Assembly (NCBI GenBank): GCA_033581555.1
Contig: JAVQSZ010000008.1
Span: 47,433 to 93,854 of the forward strand
Direction: 5' to 3'
Origin: Nitrososphaerota archaeon
GTDB taxonomy: Archaea > Thermoproteota > Nitrososphaeria_A > Caldarchaeales > Calditenuaceae
Length of the DNA stretch: 46,422 nt
A program made the translations under genes and the position numbers. Shown one piece after another: positions 27,333-36,564 of this stretch. Every line of letters begins with the position of its first letter. The first letter of the stretch is position 1. The notes beneath the pieces are model-generated. The model saw nothing but the letters and a program-made list of their open reading frames with translations, made no database searches and had not been told where the DNA came from.

Positions 27333-27790
27333 ACCAGCACCACCCTGATCTCCTCTCCGGGGGACTGGGCGTCGTCGAGCGCGATCCCCGAGACGCTCCT
27401 CGTCTCCCTCTCGACCGCGTCGGAGCCCGATGCCGAGTAGGCCTGAGGGTGCGAGGGCTCTCCCACCTGGACGAACCCTCCTGCTCCGGCAGCGACCAGT
27501 CCGCCCCTCCTCACCGGCGAGGCGGCCCTGGCCCTGACCACGTTCCCGACGAAGACGACCGCCCTCGTCCCCCTCTCGCCGGGCCTGAGCTCCTGTCCCT
27601 CCGCGAAGACCGCGACCGCCCTCCGACCTCCATCGGTCGGCGGGATCAGAGACCCGTCCTCATCGCTGACCACCAACGGCTCGCCTCCCCTCAGCGCGGT
27701 CCCCGAGGTGTTCCTCACGACGTAGCTCGCCACCTCACCTGCCCTCCAGAGCAGGGTCCCGGCCCTTCCGATCCCTTCAGGTGCAGGCAC
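27329..27790 (-). CDS. Putative capsid decoration/cement protein
   Basis: Gly-rich beta protein (ALRGGEPLVV, VRRGGLV, GIALDDAQSPGEEIRVVL) immediately upstream of the capsid gene, as for DUF2190/beta-tulip cement proteins. Confidence 0.62.
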   Translation of the reverse strand: MPAPEGIGRAGTLLWRAGEVASYVVRNTSGTALRGGEPLVVSDEDGSLIPPTDGGRRAVAVFAEGQELRPGERGTRAVVFVGNVVRARAASPVRRGGLVAAGAGGFVQVGEPSHPQAYSASGSDAVERETRSVSGIALDDAQSPGEEIRVVLV

Positions 27791-28817
27791 GACACGACAC
27801 CTCCTTCGCGCCCGAGGAGTTCGACCTCGGGCTCTTCGAGAGGTGCTCCCTGAGGAGCCTAAGGACGCTCGCGAGCTGGGCCCCGCTGACCCACGGCCCC
27901 TCCGGCGCGGGGAGGAGCCCGAGGGCGTAGGAGTGCCTGCAGGAACAGACCTCCATCTCCAGCCTCCTCGCGACCTCCCTCACGACGTAGGCCGGAACTC
28001 GGCGCGGGACTTCGAAATCGAGGGCCCTCAGGAAGTCCGAGTGGTCACAGGACCCGGAGGGACTCGGCTGAGAAGTGATCGCGGCCGAGGGCGGGTGAAG
28101 TCCCGCGAGCCCGGTGAGCGAGAACGCCGCGAGACCTAGGGCCCCCTGGGACGCCGAGGACAGAGGCTCAACGCCGGTCCCTTCGAACGCGGGCTCCAGC
28201 TCCAAGCACAGCGAGAGGGCCGAGAAGTGGACGCCCCTCCTCTCGCAGACGGTGCCCGAGTCGGTTGCCCTACAGGACTCGCTCCTCGCCCACTCGACGA
28301 CGCTCGCGCCCCTGAAGGCCCCCGAGAGGGCCAGCGCGTGGACCCTGGGCTCCTCTATGGCCACGACCGCCTCGAGCCTGCCGTCTTCGGCCTCCGCGTC
28401 GAGGACCGTCCCTGCCCACCTGGTCACGTCGATCCCCCACTTCTCGGCGTAGGCGTCAGCGACGTCAGGGAAGAGTAGCGCGACCGGTGTAGGGAAGAGC
28501 AGGTGGTCGACGTCGACGGGCTTCAGGGCTAGCGTCCTCGCGCCCCTCACGAGCTCCTCCTCAGACATGACGTACGAGGGCTCTCCCCTGCTCCTCCCCG
28601 CCCTGACCGCGACGACCCTGACGACCTTGTCGCGGAGCGCGCCGGAAGGGACCCAGCTGAAGGAGTGCGACGCTGCTCGCGGCCTCCGGGCCTCGGAGGA
28701 CCTCACCAGCTCCGCCAGCTCCCTCGCCTTCGACCTCGCCTCGGGGCTCTCGTAGCCCCGCGAGGCGACGAGCCTCAGCAGCTCAGCCCTCACCTCGCCC
28801 ACGCTCTTGGAGCTCAA
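27777..28817 (-). CDS. Prohead maturation protease (HK97/Mu-type serine protease) with C-terminal extension
   Basis: EEEL...TLALKPVDVDH (His), GTVLDA, GAFRGASV (Ser), ALSL...PAFEGT; position between portal and capsid. Confidence 0.72.
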   Translation of the reverse strand: MSSKSVGEVRAELLRLVASRGYESPEARSKARELAELVRSSEARRPRAASHSFSWVPSGALRDKVVRVVAVRAGRSRGEPSYVMSEEELVRGARTLALKPVDVDHLLFPTPVALLFPDVADAYAEKWGIDVTRWAGTVLDAEAEDGRLEAVVAIEEPRVHALALSGAFRGASVVEWARSESCRATDSGTVCERRGVHFSALSLCLELEPAFEGTGVEPLSSASQGALGLAAFSLTGLAGLHPPSAAITSQPSPSGSCDHSDFLRALDFEVPRRVPAYVVREVARRLEMEVCSCRHSYALGLLPAPEGPWVSGAQLASVLRLLREHLSKSPRSNSSGAKEVSCRACT

Positions 28818-28818
28818 G

Positions 28819-30063
28819 CTACCACCCCTGCTCCCTCAGGAAGCCTCCGGAGAGGCAGTAAGTCCTCTGGGAGGCCTCGGGCTGGCCTCCTTGGAGCCTC
28901 CAGCCCGCGAGCCTGAGCATCTCCCTCGCCTCCTCGACCGAGATGATCGGAGGGTTCCGGTCGTCGCCCCTCGCGGCCGCTATGACGTCCTTCACGTCCC
29001 ATGAGGGGGCCTGGGGCTCGCCGAAGACCAGCCTCACGCCGGAGGGCCCCGGGTCGATGCCGTGCTGCCTGAGGACCGTCGAGATCATCTCCTCGTACTG
29101 GGAGCTGAGGAAATCCCTGAGGAGGGCGACTTCGGGCTCGAGCGTCTCGATCGCGGCCTGGGCGCTGGCGTAGGTGAACCCGGTGTAGGTGATCAGCCTG
29201 ATCAGCGGGTTCCTCAGGCCTGTGACGACCTGCCTGTCGAGGTGCTCGATCAGCTCGTAGAACCTCGTCCTCGAGTCGACCTTGACCTCCAGCTGCTTGA
29301 CGTCGAAGTCCACCACGAGGTCCTGCCCCACCATCGCCTGCTCGTAGGCCTCCTTGAAGGAGTCCCTCGCAGCCCTCGGGACGACGAAGACGCTCCTCTG
29401 CGGGTACTTCTCGACGAGGACCCTCGCGGCGTTGTCGATCCTCTCCTTGACCTCGAGGAGCGGCGGCCTCCTGACGGTCCTCCCCCTCACCGAGTAGCCG
29501 ACGCCAGGCCTCGCGAGGTGGTTGACCAGTCCCTCTCCGAAGGCTCCCTCGTCGACGGGGTTGAACCTCAAGTGCCAGACTTCCTCCGCGTCCAACTCGA
29601 CCGTCCTCCCGTGCCAGCTCTGGACGTACTTCAGGGGCCTGCCGTCGGGGCCGCGGACCACCGACCTGACGCTCGAGAGCGGGACGTAGTGGATCGTGTT
29701 GACTTTACCCCTCGGGACCAGGTTGAGGAAGGCGTTGCCGCTGAGGACGACGTCCCTCGCGACCTTCATGTGGACCTCGACGAACTTGTTCCTCCTGAGG
29801 AACGAGTCGACGACCCTGAGGAGCTCCCCGTCCTCGCCGACCAGGTAGTACCTCGCGCCGATCCTCGCGACTATCGAGTCGACCGCGAACTTGACGTAGC
29901 TGTCCCTCCTGTACCACTCCACGAGGAGGCCGAAGTCCGGGTCGGAGTGCTCCCTGTAATGGTAGTCCACGGACGCGATCACGCCCGCTCGGTGGGAGCT
30001 CCCCTCAGACCCGTCGCGACCCGCGACGGCCCTCGCGAGCGCCCTCATCACCAGAGCCAGCAC
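28819..30063 (-). CDS. Phage portal protein
   Basis: YVKFAVDSI, DVVLSGNAFL, EEVWHLRFNP..GAFGEGL, C-terminal ISVEEAREML; 414 aa, first gene of the head operon. Confidence 0.85.
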   Translation of the reverse strand: MLALVMRALARAVAGRDGSEGSSHRAGVIASVDYHYREHSDPDFGLLVEWYRRDSYVKFAVDSIVARIGARYYLVGEDGELLRVVDSFLRRNKFVEVHMKVARDVVLSGNAFLNLVPRGKVNTIHYVPLSSVRSVVRGPDGRPLKYVQSWHGRTVELDAEEVWHLRFNPVDEGAFGEGLVNHLARPGVGYSVRGRTVRRPPLLEVKERIDNAARVLVEKYPQRSVFVVPRAARDSFKEAYEQAMVGQDLVVDFDVKQLEVKVDSRTRFYELIEHLDRQVVTGLRNPLIRLITYTGFTYASAQAAIETLEPEVALLRDFLSSQYEEMISTVLRQHGIDPGPSGVRLVFGEPQAPSWDVKDVIAAARGDDRNPPIISVEEAREMLRLAGWRLQGGQPEASQRTYCLSGGFLREQGW

Positions 30064-30197
30064 GCCCGCACCTCCGGTCGAGCGGACTTCACTCTTCTGC
30101 CAAAACTGGTAGATCTAACACAACTGAGGTTACGATGACTACTGCTCCTGCGTGACGCGCATAATACCGGACGAACTCGCCGAGCGGCCCGCTTTCG

Positions 30198-30218
30198 CAC
30201 CGATATGTGGAGTCGGTG
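30198..30218. promoter_or_regulatory. Inverted repeat CACCGA-N9-TCGGTG in the divergent intergenic region (candidate operator)
   Basis: Perfect 6-bp arms 12 nt upstream of the RHH gene start. Confidence 0.3.
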
Positions 30219-30230
30219 TGGCGGAGGGGC

Positions 30231-30401
30231 ATGCCCGGGTACCACGTGACGATCTACGTCGACGAGGAGCTCCTGAGGAGGATCGAGGAGATGAGGGGCG
30301 ACGTCCCGAGGAGCAGGTACATCGCGAAGCTGATCAGGCTGGGCCTCTCGGTCGTGGAGGAGTCCGAGAGGAGGGCCGCACGCGCGCCGCTATACAGGTG
30401 A
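30231..30401 (+). CDS. CopG/RHH-family transcriptional regulator
   Basis: HVTIYVDEELLRRIEEMRGDVPRSRYIAKLI; GGAGGGG before ATG 30231. Confidence 0.82.
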   Translation: MPGYHVTIYVDEELLRRIEEMRGDVPRSRYIAKLIRLGLSVVEESERRAARAPLYR

Positions 30402-30455
30402 AGTGCGTCGCGGCTACCGTGTCAGAGTCCAGAAATCCCTTCGGGCGAGTCTCTG

Positions 30456-31385
30456 GTGGCGATGAGGTACGTCGGGATCGGGAGGGAGTCGACGCAGGGG
30501 AACCCCGTGGCTCCGCAGGTCTTCGTCGACCCGAGGAGGTTCGAGGTCATGCCGGTGGTGGAAGAGAGGGCTATCGAGACCGTCGGGAGCAGGTTCCCGA
30601 GACTGAAGCACCTGGGAGGCCTCAGGGTCGAGGGCGAGGTCGAGGGGCTCTTCGGACCGGACGCGTTCTCGATGCTGGCGCTGGCGATGACGCTCGGGAA
30701 AATAGAGTCGACGGGGTCCGATGGCTACTCCGTCCACACCTTCAGCCCGGTCGAGAGGTGGGAGAGCTTCCCGACCTTCACGGTCGAGCTCAGGGACGAA
30801 GGGGTCACGAGGGTGGTCGCGGGGGCCTTCGGCAACTCGATCGAGCTGAACGTTAGGCCCGACGAGCCCGTGAGCGCGACGCTGGAGATCCTAGGGCTGA
30901 ACGAGCTCCCGGGAAGCCCCAGGTCCCCGAGCTTCTCGAGAGTCCACCCCGTGAGGCCGGAGGACGTCGTCTGCCTGATAGGCGGAGAGCCGGTCGAGCT
31001 GGAGGAGTTGACCCTGAGGGTCGAGAACGACCTCTCCTCGGACCACTACGTCATCGGTTCGAGGACGCTCAGGAGGCACGAGCTCGGAGGGCTCAGCGTC
31101 ACGGGCACGTTCTCCGGGAGGTTCGGGAGCAGGGCGCACCTCGACAGGTTCCTCTCCGGCCAGGAGACGTCGGTCGCGGTGAGGCTGAGGAGCGGCTCGA
31201 TCACACAGGGCATCGACAGGGAGGTGGTCGTGGAGGTTCCTAGGGTCTATTACTCGACCTGGAGCTGCGAGGTAACGCCGTCCGAGAGGTCGGTCCAGGA
31301 GGTGGAGTTCAGGGCGCTCGCGACCCCGCAGGGCGAGCCTCCGGTGAGGTTCAGGGTCCAGACCGACGAGCAGCTGCCGGGGTGA
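30456..31385 (+). CDS. Tail tube (major tail) protein, siphovirus type
   Basis: RYVGIGRESTQG N-terminus, VEGEV, HTFSP, PTFTVE, LTLRVENDL, VTGTF; leads the tail module. Confidence 0.8.
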   Translation: MAMRYVGIGRESTQGNPVAPQVFVDPRRFEVMPVVEERAIETVGSRFPRLKHLGGLRVEGEVEGLFGPDAFSMLALAMTLGKIESTGSDGYSVHTFSPVERWESFPTFTVELRDEGVTRVVAGAFGNSIELNVRPDEPVSATLEILGLNELPGSPRSPSFSRVHPVRPEDVVCLIGGEPVELEELTLRVENDLSSDHYVIGSRTLRRHELGGLSVTGTFSGRFGSRAHLDRFLSGQETSVAVRLRSGSITQGIDREVVVEVPRVYYSTWSCEVTPSERSVQEVEFRALATPQGEPPVRFRVQTDEQLPG

Positions 31386-31389
31386 GGCC

Positions 31390-31716
31390 TTGCCCTTCAG
31401 GGTCGAGGCCAACGGCAGGTCCTACTCGGTGAGGCTGAGGGCTAGGGCCTGGCCGTACCTCCAGACGCTCGCGAGGGCGCTGACCGATGCCCCGCCCAGC
31501 GACGACAGGATCGAGCTCGCGGAGAGGAAGGTCCTCGAGATCTGCGTCGAGCCCTTTCCCGAGGGCGACGAGGACGTGGTCCTGGCTAAGGTGATGGCGC
31601 TCTACGCCTCGCTGATGAGGGAGGCGGCCGCGAGCTTTCGGGAGGCAGGAGGTGCTCGCGCTCGGAAGAGTGGCGGAGAGGTTCGGGAGGAGGCCCTCCG
31701 AGATGCTGAAGGGTAG
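31390..31716 (+). CDS. Tail assembly chaperone (gpG-like)
   Basis: Position after tail tube; ICVEP motif; codon usage turns atypical after ...AGC TTT CGG. Confidence 0.6.
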   Translation: MPFRVEANGRSYSVRLRARAWPYLQTLARALTDAPPSDDRIELAERKVLEICVEPFPEGDEDVVLAKVMALYASLMREAAASFREAGGARARKSGGEVREEALRDAEG

Positions 31717-31801
31717 GCTCGAGGACCTCCTGCTGGACCTTTTGGTGGCCCGGGAGCTCTCCCTGGACGACAGGAGGAGGTGGAGGGAGCTACGGAGGTG
31801 A
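31637..31801 (+). CDS. Tail assembly chaperone extension (gpT-like) in the +1 frame; not in ORF track
   Basis: Open frame FGRQEVLALGRVAERFGRRPSEMLKGRLEDLLLDLLVARELSLDDRRRWRELRR* with host-like codons; its TGA overlaps the next ATG (TGATG). Confidence 0.7.
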   Translation, partial: FGRQEVLALGRVAERFGRRPSEMLKGRLEDLLLDLLVARELSLDDRRRWRELRR

Positions 31802-32199
31802 TGGTCAGGGGCCTCGAGGAGGCCCTGAGGTCCTTAGACCCGAGGAACGTCGCGGCCGCGGAGGAGAGGCTGCTGGAGTCGCTCGCGAGGCTCGCCGCTT
31901 CGAGAGCATCGCAGTACGCCCCGAAGAGGACCGGGAGGTTGGCCGCGAGCGTCTGGGCGAGGAGGCTGGGCTCGATGAGGCTCTCGGTGACTCCGGGCGT
32001 GAGCTACTGGCCCTACGTCGAGTTCGGCGTAAGGCCCTTCAGGCTCGGGGCTTCGGTCTACGTCGGCGGCGTGGGCTTCAGGTTCGTCGACGTCCATCCG
32101 GGGATCAGGCCGCAACGCTTCCTGAGGAGGGCCGCGAGCGAGTCCCTGCGGGACCTCCGCGAGCTGGTGAGGTCGCTGCTCCGTGAGCGAGGCGTATAG
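31801..32199 (+). CDS. HK97 gp10-like neck/tail completion protein
   Basis: VRGLEE, APKRTGRLAAS, YWPYVEFG, HPGIRPQRFLRRA. Confidence 0.82.
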   Translation: MVRGLEEALRSLDPRNVAAAEERLLESLARLAASRASQYAPKRTGRLAASVWARRLGSMRLSVTPGVSYWPYVEFGVRPFRLGASVYVGGVGFRFVDVHPGIRPQRFLRRAASESLRDLRELVRSLLRERGV

Positions 32200-33778
32200 G
32201 ATAGGGATAGAGTTCGTCGGGAGGGACGACGCCACCGACGAGATAGCCTCGGTCTCGGAGGGGCTGAGGAGGCTCGGCGAGGCCAACGAGGAGGTGGTCG
32301 CGAGGGCGAAAGAGGTCGTCAAGCAGTCGAAGGAGCAGAGGACGGTCCTCAGGGCGGTCCAGGAGGAGTCGCAGGTCTTCGGGGAGAGGGCGCAGTTCGT
32401 AGCGAGGCAGCTGAGCGAGGTCGCGGGGCTCGGCGAGTCGGTCCCGAGGGTCATCACGGCCCTCGACGCCTCGATGACGAGGCTCCACGCGGCGCAGCTG
32501 GTCCTCGCATCGGTCCAGGAGAGGCAGGCGGTCCTGCTGAGGGAGCTGAACGCGGAGTTCGGGATACAGGCGTCCACGGCCGAGGAGGCTGCGAGGGCGC
32601 TGAGGGGGATGCTCGAGGCGGGAGAGGTGAGCGGGCCCGCTGCGGAGCGGGTGAGGGAGGCCCTGAGGAGCGTCGAGGAGGTCCAGAGGCAGCTCCAGAA
32701 GGCGAGCGGCGACGTCGAGGCCTCGATGAGGAGCTTCCAGGCCCAACTCGTTGCGGTCGGACTGAGCTCGGTCGAGCTGGTCCCGAAGTTCATGTCGGTC
32801 GTGAACGGGCTCTCGGCGGTCGTGGCCCTCTCGCCCACGCTGAGCTCCGCGCTCGGCGCGTTGAGGGCGGCCTTCTCAGCGCTCTACGTCTCCATGGGCC
32901 CCGTCGGTCTGATTCTGGCAGGTATAGGGGCGGCCGCGGCTCTGGTCGCGGCAAACTGGGAGAAGGTCGCTCCGGTCCTCGAGGGCGTCGCCTCATCGAT
33001 CAGCTCGGTGCTCGGTCCGGCGCTCGAGTGGTTGTTGAACGTCGTCCTCACGCCGATCAGCTCGTTCCTTAGCTCCGTCCTCTCGAAGGCCCTCGAATGG
33101 GTGCTCGGTCAGGTGGGGACGTTCGCGCGAGCCGCGGAGGCGCTCACGACAGCGCTGGGCTGGCTCTGGAAGAACGTGCTCGAGCCCCTGGCCGCGTTCC
33201 TGATCGGACAGCTCGTGAACTCCTTCGCCACGGCCTCGGGGTTCATGGAGGCCGCGACCTCGACCTTCAAAAAGCTCGGGGAGACGGTCTCGTGGGCCTG
33301 GAACTACGTCCTGGTGCCGTTCGTCGAGTCGGTCGCCGGGCAGGCGGTCTCCGCGGTGAGGGCCTTCGGCGAGGCGCTAGGATGGCTCTCTGGGGCCGCG
33401 TCGAGGACGTTCTCAGCGATTCACAGCGCTGCCGAGTCGTTCCTGAGGCCCGTCCTGGACCTGATCAACTCGATGGTCTCCGGCATCAGCTCGGCCTTCG
33501 AGTGGCTTCACAACCAGCTCGTGGGCGGTTCGATCGTCCCGGAGATGTGGACCGAGGTAGTCAGGTGGACCGAGTGGGGACAGTCCGAGACCCTCGAGGC
33601 CGTTGAGAGGTTGATCTCATCGCTCGGAGGTCTCGGGCCTAGGCCGTCGAAGCCGATAACCCTGAACGTCACCCTCAACGTCAACGCCGGCTCGGTCGGC
33701 GAGGTCGACTGGGAGGTCGTCGCGGAGAGGGTCAGCAGGGCGATGCTCCACAGGATCAGGTCTGCGGGGCCCCTCTGA
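32183..33778 (+). CDS. Tail tape measure protein
   Basis: 531 aa Ala-rich helical; GPVGLILAGI..NWEKV, periodic Trp repeats (LEWL, LGWLW, VSWAW), LVGGSIVPEM, C-terminal NVTLNVN. Confidence 0.85.
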   Translation: MSEAYRIGIEFVGRDDATDEIASVSEGLRRLGEANEEVVARAKEVVKQSKEQRTVLRAVQEESQVFGERAQFVARQLSEVAGLGESVPRVITALDASMTRLHAAQLVLASVQERQAVLLRELNAEFGIQASTAEEAARALRGMLEAGEVSGPAAERVREALRSVEEVQRQLQKASGDVEASMRSFQAQLVAVGLSSVELVPKFMSVVNGLSAVVALSPTLSSALGALRAAFSALYVSMGPVGLILAGIGAAAALVAANWEKVAPVLEGVASSISSVLGPALEWLLNVVLTPISSFLSSVLSKALEWVLGQVGTFARAAEALTTALGWLWKNVLEPLAAFLIGQLVNSFATASGFMEAATSTFKKLGETVSWAWNYVLVPFVESVAGQAVSAVRAFGEALGWLSGAASRTFSAIHSAAESFLRPVLDLINSMVSGISSAFEWLHNQLVGGSIVPEMWTEVVRWTEWGQSETLEAVERLISSLGGLGPRPSKPITLNVTLNVNAGSVGEVDWEVVAERVSRAMLHRIRSAGPL

Positions 33779-33824
33779 CGAGGCCGCGAGCCGTTTATCT
33801 CTGGGATGACCGAAGGTCCGGCGG

Positions 33825-34406
33825 ATGGCTCAGCGCCCCGACGAGCTGATCAGGTGTTTCGCGGCAATCGACGTCTTCACGCCGGAGATAACCAGGGCGA
33901 TCTCGAACGTCGGGAGGGAGCTGATCGAGGCCGGCCTGATCGCGAAGCAGGTGGACCCGGAGACGCTCCACGTCACGCTCCAGTTCTTCGGCGAGCAGCC
34001 CCCTGAGGTCGTCGAGAGGCTGAAGGAGGAGCTCTCCGGGATCAGGTTCAGGCCCTTCACCGTCAAGCTCACGGGGATCGGCTACTTCCCCGGCGGAGGG
34101 AGGATCAACGTCGTGTGGGTGGGCGTGCAGGACCCGAGCGGCGAGATGCACGGCCTCCAGAGGACGGTCGTCGAGAGGGCTGCTAAGCTCGGACTCAGGC
34201 CAGACAAGGAGTTCGCGCCGCACATAACGATCCTGAGGGTCAAGGGCGTCAGCAACAAGCCGAAGGTCCTCCAGGCGATCGGAAGGCTCTCGGCCGTCGA
34301 GATCGGCGAGGTCCGCGTCGACAGGTTCAAGCTGAAGAGGAGCTTCCTGAGACCTGAGGGGCCGCTCTACACGGACCTGCTCGTCGTCAGGTCCTCGGAG
34401 GACTGA
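33825..34406 (+). CDS. thpR: RNA 2',3'-cyclic phosphodiesterase (2H family)
   Basis: RCFAAID, two HxT motifs (LHVTLQFFGE, PHITILR), RINVVWVG, GPLY; TTTATC element upstream suggests its own promoter. Confidence 0.92.
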   Translation: MAQRPDELIRCFAAIDVFTPEITRAISNVGRELIEAGLIAKQVDPETLHVTLQFFGEQPPEVVERLKEELSGIRFRPFTVKLTGIGYFPGGGRINVVWVGVQDPSGEMHGLQRTVVERAAKLGLRPDKEFAPHITILRVKGVSNKPKVLQAIGRLSAVEIGEVRVDRFKLKRSFLRPEGPLYTDLLVVRSSED

Positions 34407-34408
34407 GG

Positions 34409-36508
34409 TCAGACGGGGACCCTGTAGAGGCTCATCGAGTTCAGCGTCACCGAGATCGAGCTCATCGCCATCGCTATCGCTGCGTAGACCGGGTTGAGGA
34501 GGACGCCCAGCGGGTAGAGCACGCCCGCGGCGACGGGGATGAGGGCGACGTTGTACGCGAAGGCCCAGAAGAGGTTCTGCTTGATCTTCCTCACCGTGAC
34601 CCTGCTGAGGTCGATCGCCCTCACGACGTCCCTCAGGTCGTCTCCGAGGAGGACGAGGCTCCCGGCCTGCTTCGCGAGGTCGGTCCCGGAGCCCATCGAG
34701 ATCCCGACGTCAGCCTCGACTAGCGCCGGCGCGTCGTTGATGCCGTCCCCGACCATCACCACCACCTCCCCAGACCTCCTCAGCTCCCTGACGAACTCGG
34801 CCTTCTGGTGCGGGAGGAGCGAGGCCCTGAACTCCTCGATCCCGACGCGGTCAGCAACGGCCCTCGCGGTCTCCACGCTGTCCCCCGTCAGCATCAGGAC
34901 CTTCATCCCCCTCGACTTCAGCGACCCGACGACATCGCGGGCCTCCTCCCTAGGGACGTCGAGGAGTCCCATCGCGCCGATAGCCGTCCCGTCCAGGCCG
35001 ACCGCGACCGCCGTGAGCCCCGAGGCCTGCATCTCCGCGATGACCGACCTCAAGCCCTCAGGCACCTCGACGCCCTCCGACTCGAGGAAGGCCGCGCTCC
35101 CGACCCTGACCGTGGAGCCGTTCAGCCTCGCGACCACGCCCCTCCCAGCGACGACCGCTCCCTCTCTCAACCCGACGAGCTCGACGCCTCTCGACCTCGC
35201 GTGTTCGAGGACCGCCTGCGCGATCGGGTGGTTGGAGGCGGACTCCGCGGACGCGGCCAACCTAAGGACCTCTTCCTCGCTGAACCCCTCGGCGGCGACG
35301 ACCCTCACGACCCTCGGCCTGCCCCTGGTCAGGGTCCCCGTCTTGTCGAAGACGACCGCTGTCGCCCTCCTCAGCGACTCGAGCGCCTCTCCGGACCTGA
35401 TCAGGATTCCCCTCCTCGCGGCCCTCCCCGCGCTGACCATGATCGCAGCCGGCGTCGCGATCCCGAGGGCGCAGGGGCAGGCGATGATCAGCACCGAGAC
35501 CGCGACCAGCATCGAGAAGCTGAACGGCATCCCGGCCACCAGACCCCAGTAGGCCGAAGCTCCGAGCGCTACGAGGACGACCACCGGGACGAAGACCGAG
35601 GCCACCCTGTCGGCGAGCCGTTGGAGCGGGACCCTCGAGAGTATCGCCTCCTGGACGGTCCTCAGGACCTGCGAGAGCGTCGTGTCCTGACCTGTCCTAA
35701 CAGCCCTTACCTCGATCAGTCCGGTGAGGTTGACCGTCCCCGCGATGACCTCGTCACCTACCCTCTTCTCCACGGGCGCGCTCTCGCCGGTCATGGCCGA
35801 CTGGTCCACGCTGGTCGAGCCCTCGACGACGATGCCGTCGACCGGTATCCTCTCCCCTGGCCGCACTACCACCAGCTCGCCGACTTCGACCTCCTCCGCC
35901 GGGATTGAGACCTCCCGGCCGTCCCTGACCACGACCGCCCTGTCCGGGTGGAGCTCGTAGAGCGACCTGACCGCCTCCTCGGCCCTGACCCTTACCCTGT
36001 GCTCGAGGGTCCTGCCGAGCAGGATGAAGCCCACGATCAGCGACGACTCGAGGAAGTAGTACCTGTGCTCCCCCGGAGGAGGTTGGACCAGCTGTGGGAC
36101 GAGCCCGAGGTCCTGGAGCGCGACGAGGGCGCTGTACGCCCACGCGGTCGTGGTCCCTATCGCGATCAGGCTGTCCATGTTCGCCTGTCTTGACCTCAGA
36201 GCGTCGATCAGGCCCCTGTAGAACCTGAGGCCCGCGACGAACTGGACCGGCGTCGCGAGGGCGAGCAGGACGAGGCCCATCGAGTGGTGGTCCGGAAGCG
36301 GTCTGAGGAGCTCGAGGAGGCCGATCAGGGCACCCGCGGAGAGGCTGAACGCGACGAGGGCCTTCAACCTCCTCAGCTCGACCTCCGGCTCGAGGAACTG
36401 GAGCATGCAGGACCTGCTGCAGAAGTGGTAGAGCACGCCTCCGCGTTCGACCGTGAACTCGGACTCCTGCTCGTCGACGTACATCCCGCAGACGACGTCC
36501 CTCGCCAT
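34409..36508 (-). CDS. copA: Cu(I)-translocating P1B-type ATPase with N-terminal YHS/TRASH domain
   Basis: [42 protein letters not shown] and MAMSS. Confidence 0.95.
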   Translation of the reverse strand: MARDVVCGMYVDEQESEFTVERGGVLYHFCSRSCMLQFLEPEVELRRLKALVAFSLSAGALIGLLELLRPLPDHHSMGLVLLALATPVQFVAGLRFYRGLIDALRSRQANMDSLIAIGTTTAWAYSALVALQDLGLVPQLVQPPPGEHRYYFLESSLIVGFILLGRTLEHRVRVRAEEAVRSLYELHPDRAVVVRDGREVSIPAEEVEVGELVVVRPGERIPVDGIVVEGSTSVDQSAMTGESAPVEKRVGDEVIAGTVNLTGLIEVRAVRTGQDTTLSQVLRTVQEAILSRVPLQRLADRVASVFVPVVVLVALGASAYWGLVAGMPFSFSMLVAVSVLIIACPCALGIATPAAIMVSAGRAARRGILIRSGEALESLRRATAVVFDKTGTLTRGRPRVVRVVAAEGFSEEEVLRLAASAESASNHPIAQAVLEHARSRGVELVGLREGAVVAGRGVVARLNGSTVRVGSAAFLESEGVEVPEGLRSVIAEMQASGLTAVAVGLDGTAIGAMGLLDVPREEARDVVGSLKSRGMKVLMLTGDSVETARAVADRVGIEEFRASLLPHQKAEFVRELRRSGEVVVMVGDGINDAPALVEADVGISMGSGTDLAKQAGSLVLLGDDLRDVVRAIDLSRVTVRKIKQNLFWAFAYNVALIPVAAGVLYPLGVLLNPVYAAIAMAMSSISVTLNSMSLYRVPV

Positions 36509-36564
36509 CCGGCCCCGAGGAACCGGGTCACCGTTATAAGCTGATCACGGGAATCCGGTGGCGT

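Larger units (their letters stand above)
26170..33778. mobile_element. Tailed-virus-derived morphogenesis cluster (defective provirus or domesticated GTA-like element)
   Basis: Contiguous head and tail gene homologues in two divergent operons; no integrase, terminase or replication genes and no att repeat at the right end. Confidence 0.8.

Noticed and set aside
25655-30137. 12-bp direct repeat GAGGTTACGATG at 25655-25666 and 30126-30137 flanking the head module
   Set aside because: Many chance 12-mer matches are expected in 46 kb; no extension, and direct orientation would not explain an inversion
30456-33778. Contractile injection system or R-type tailocin
   Set aside because: No sheath, baseplate or spike genes, and head genes are present
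33779-33824. attR matching tRNA-Gly at the right end of the virion cluster
   Set aside because: No copy of the tRNA 3' end is visible; no integrase in the window
33825-34406. thpR as part of the viral element
   Set aside because: Widespread archaeal housekeeping gene with its own TATA-like element
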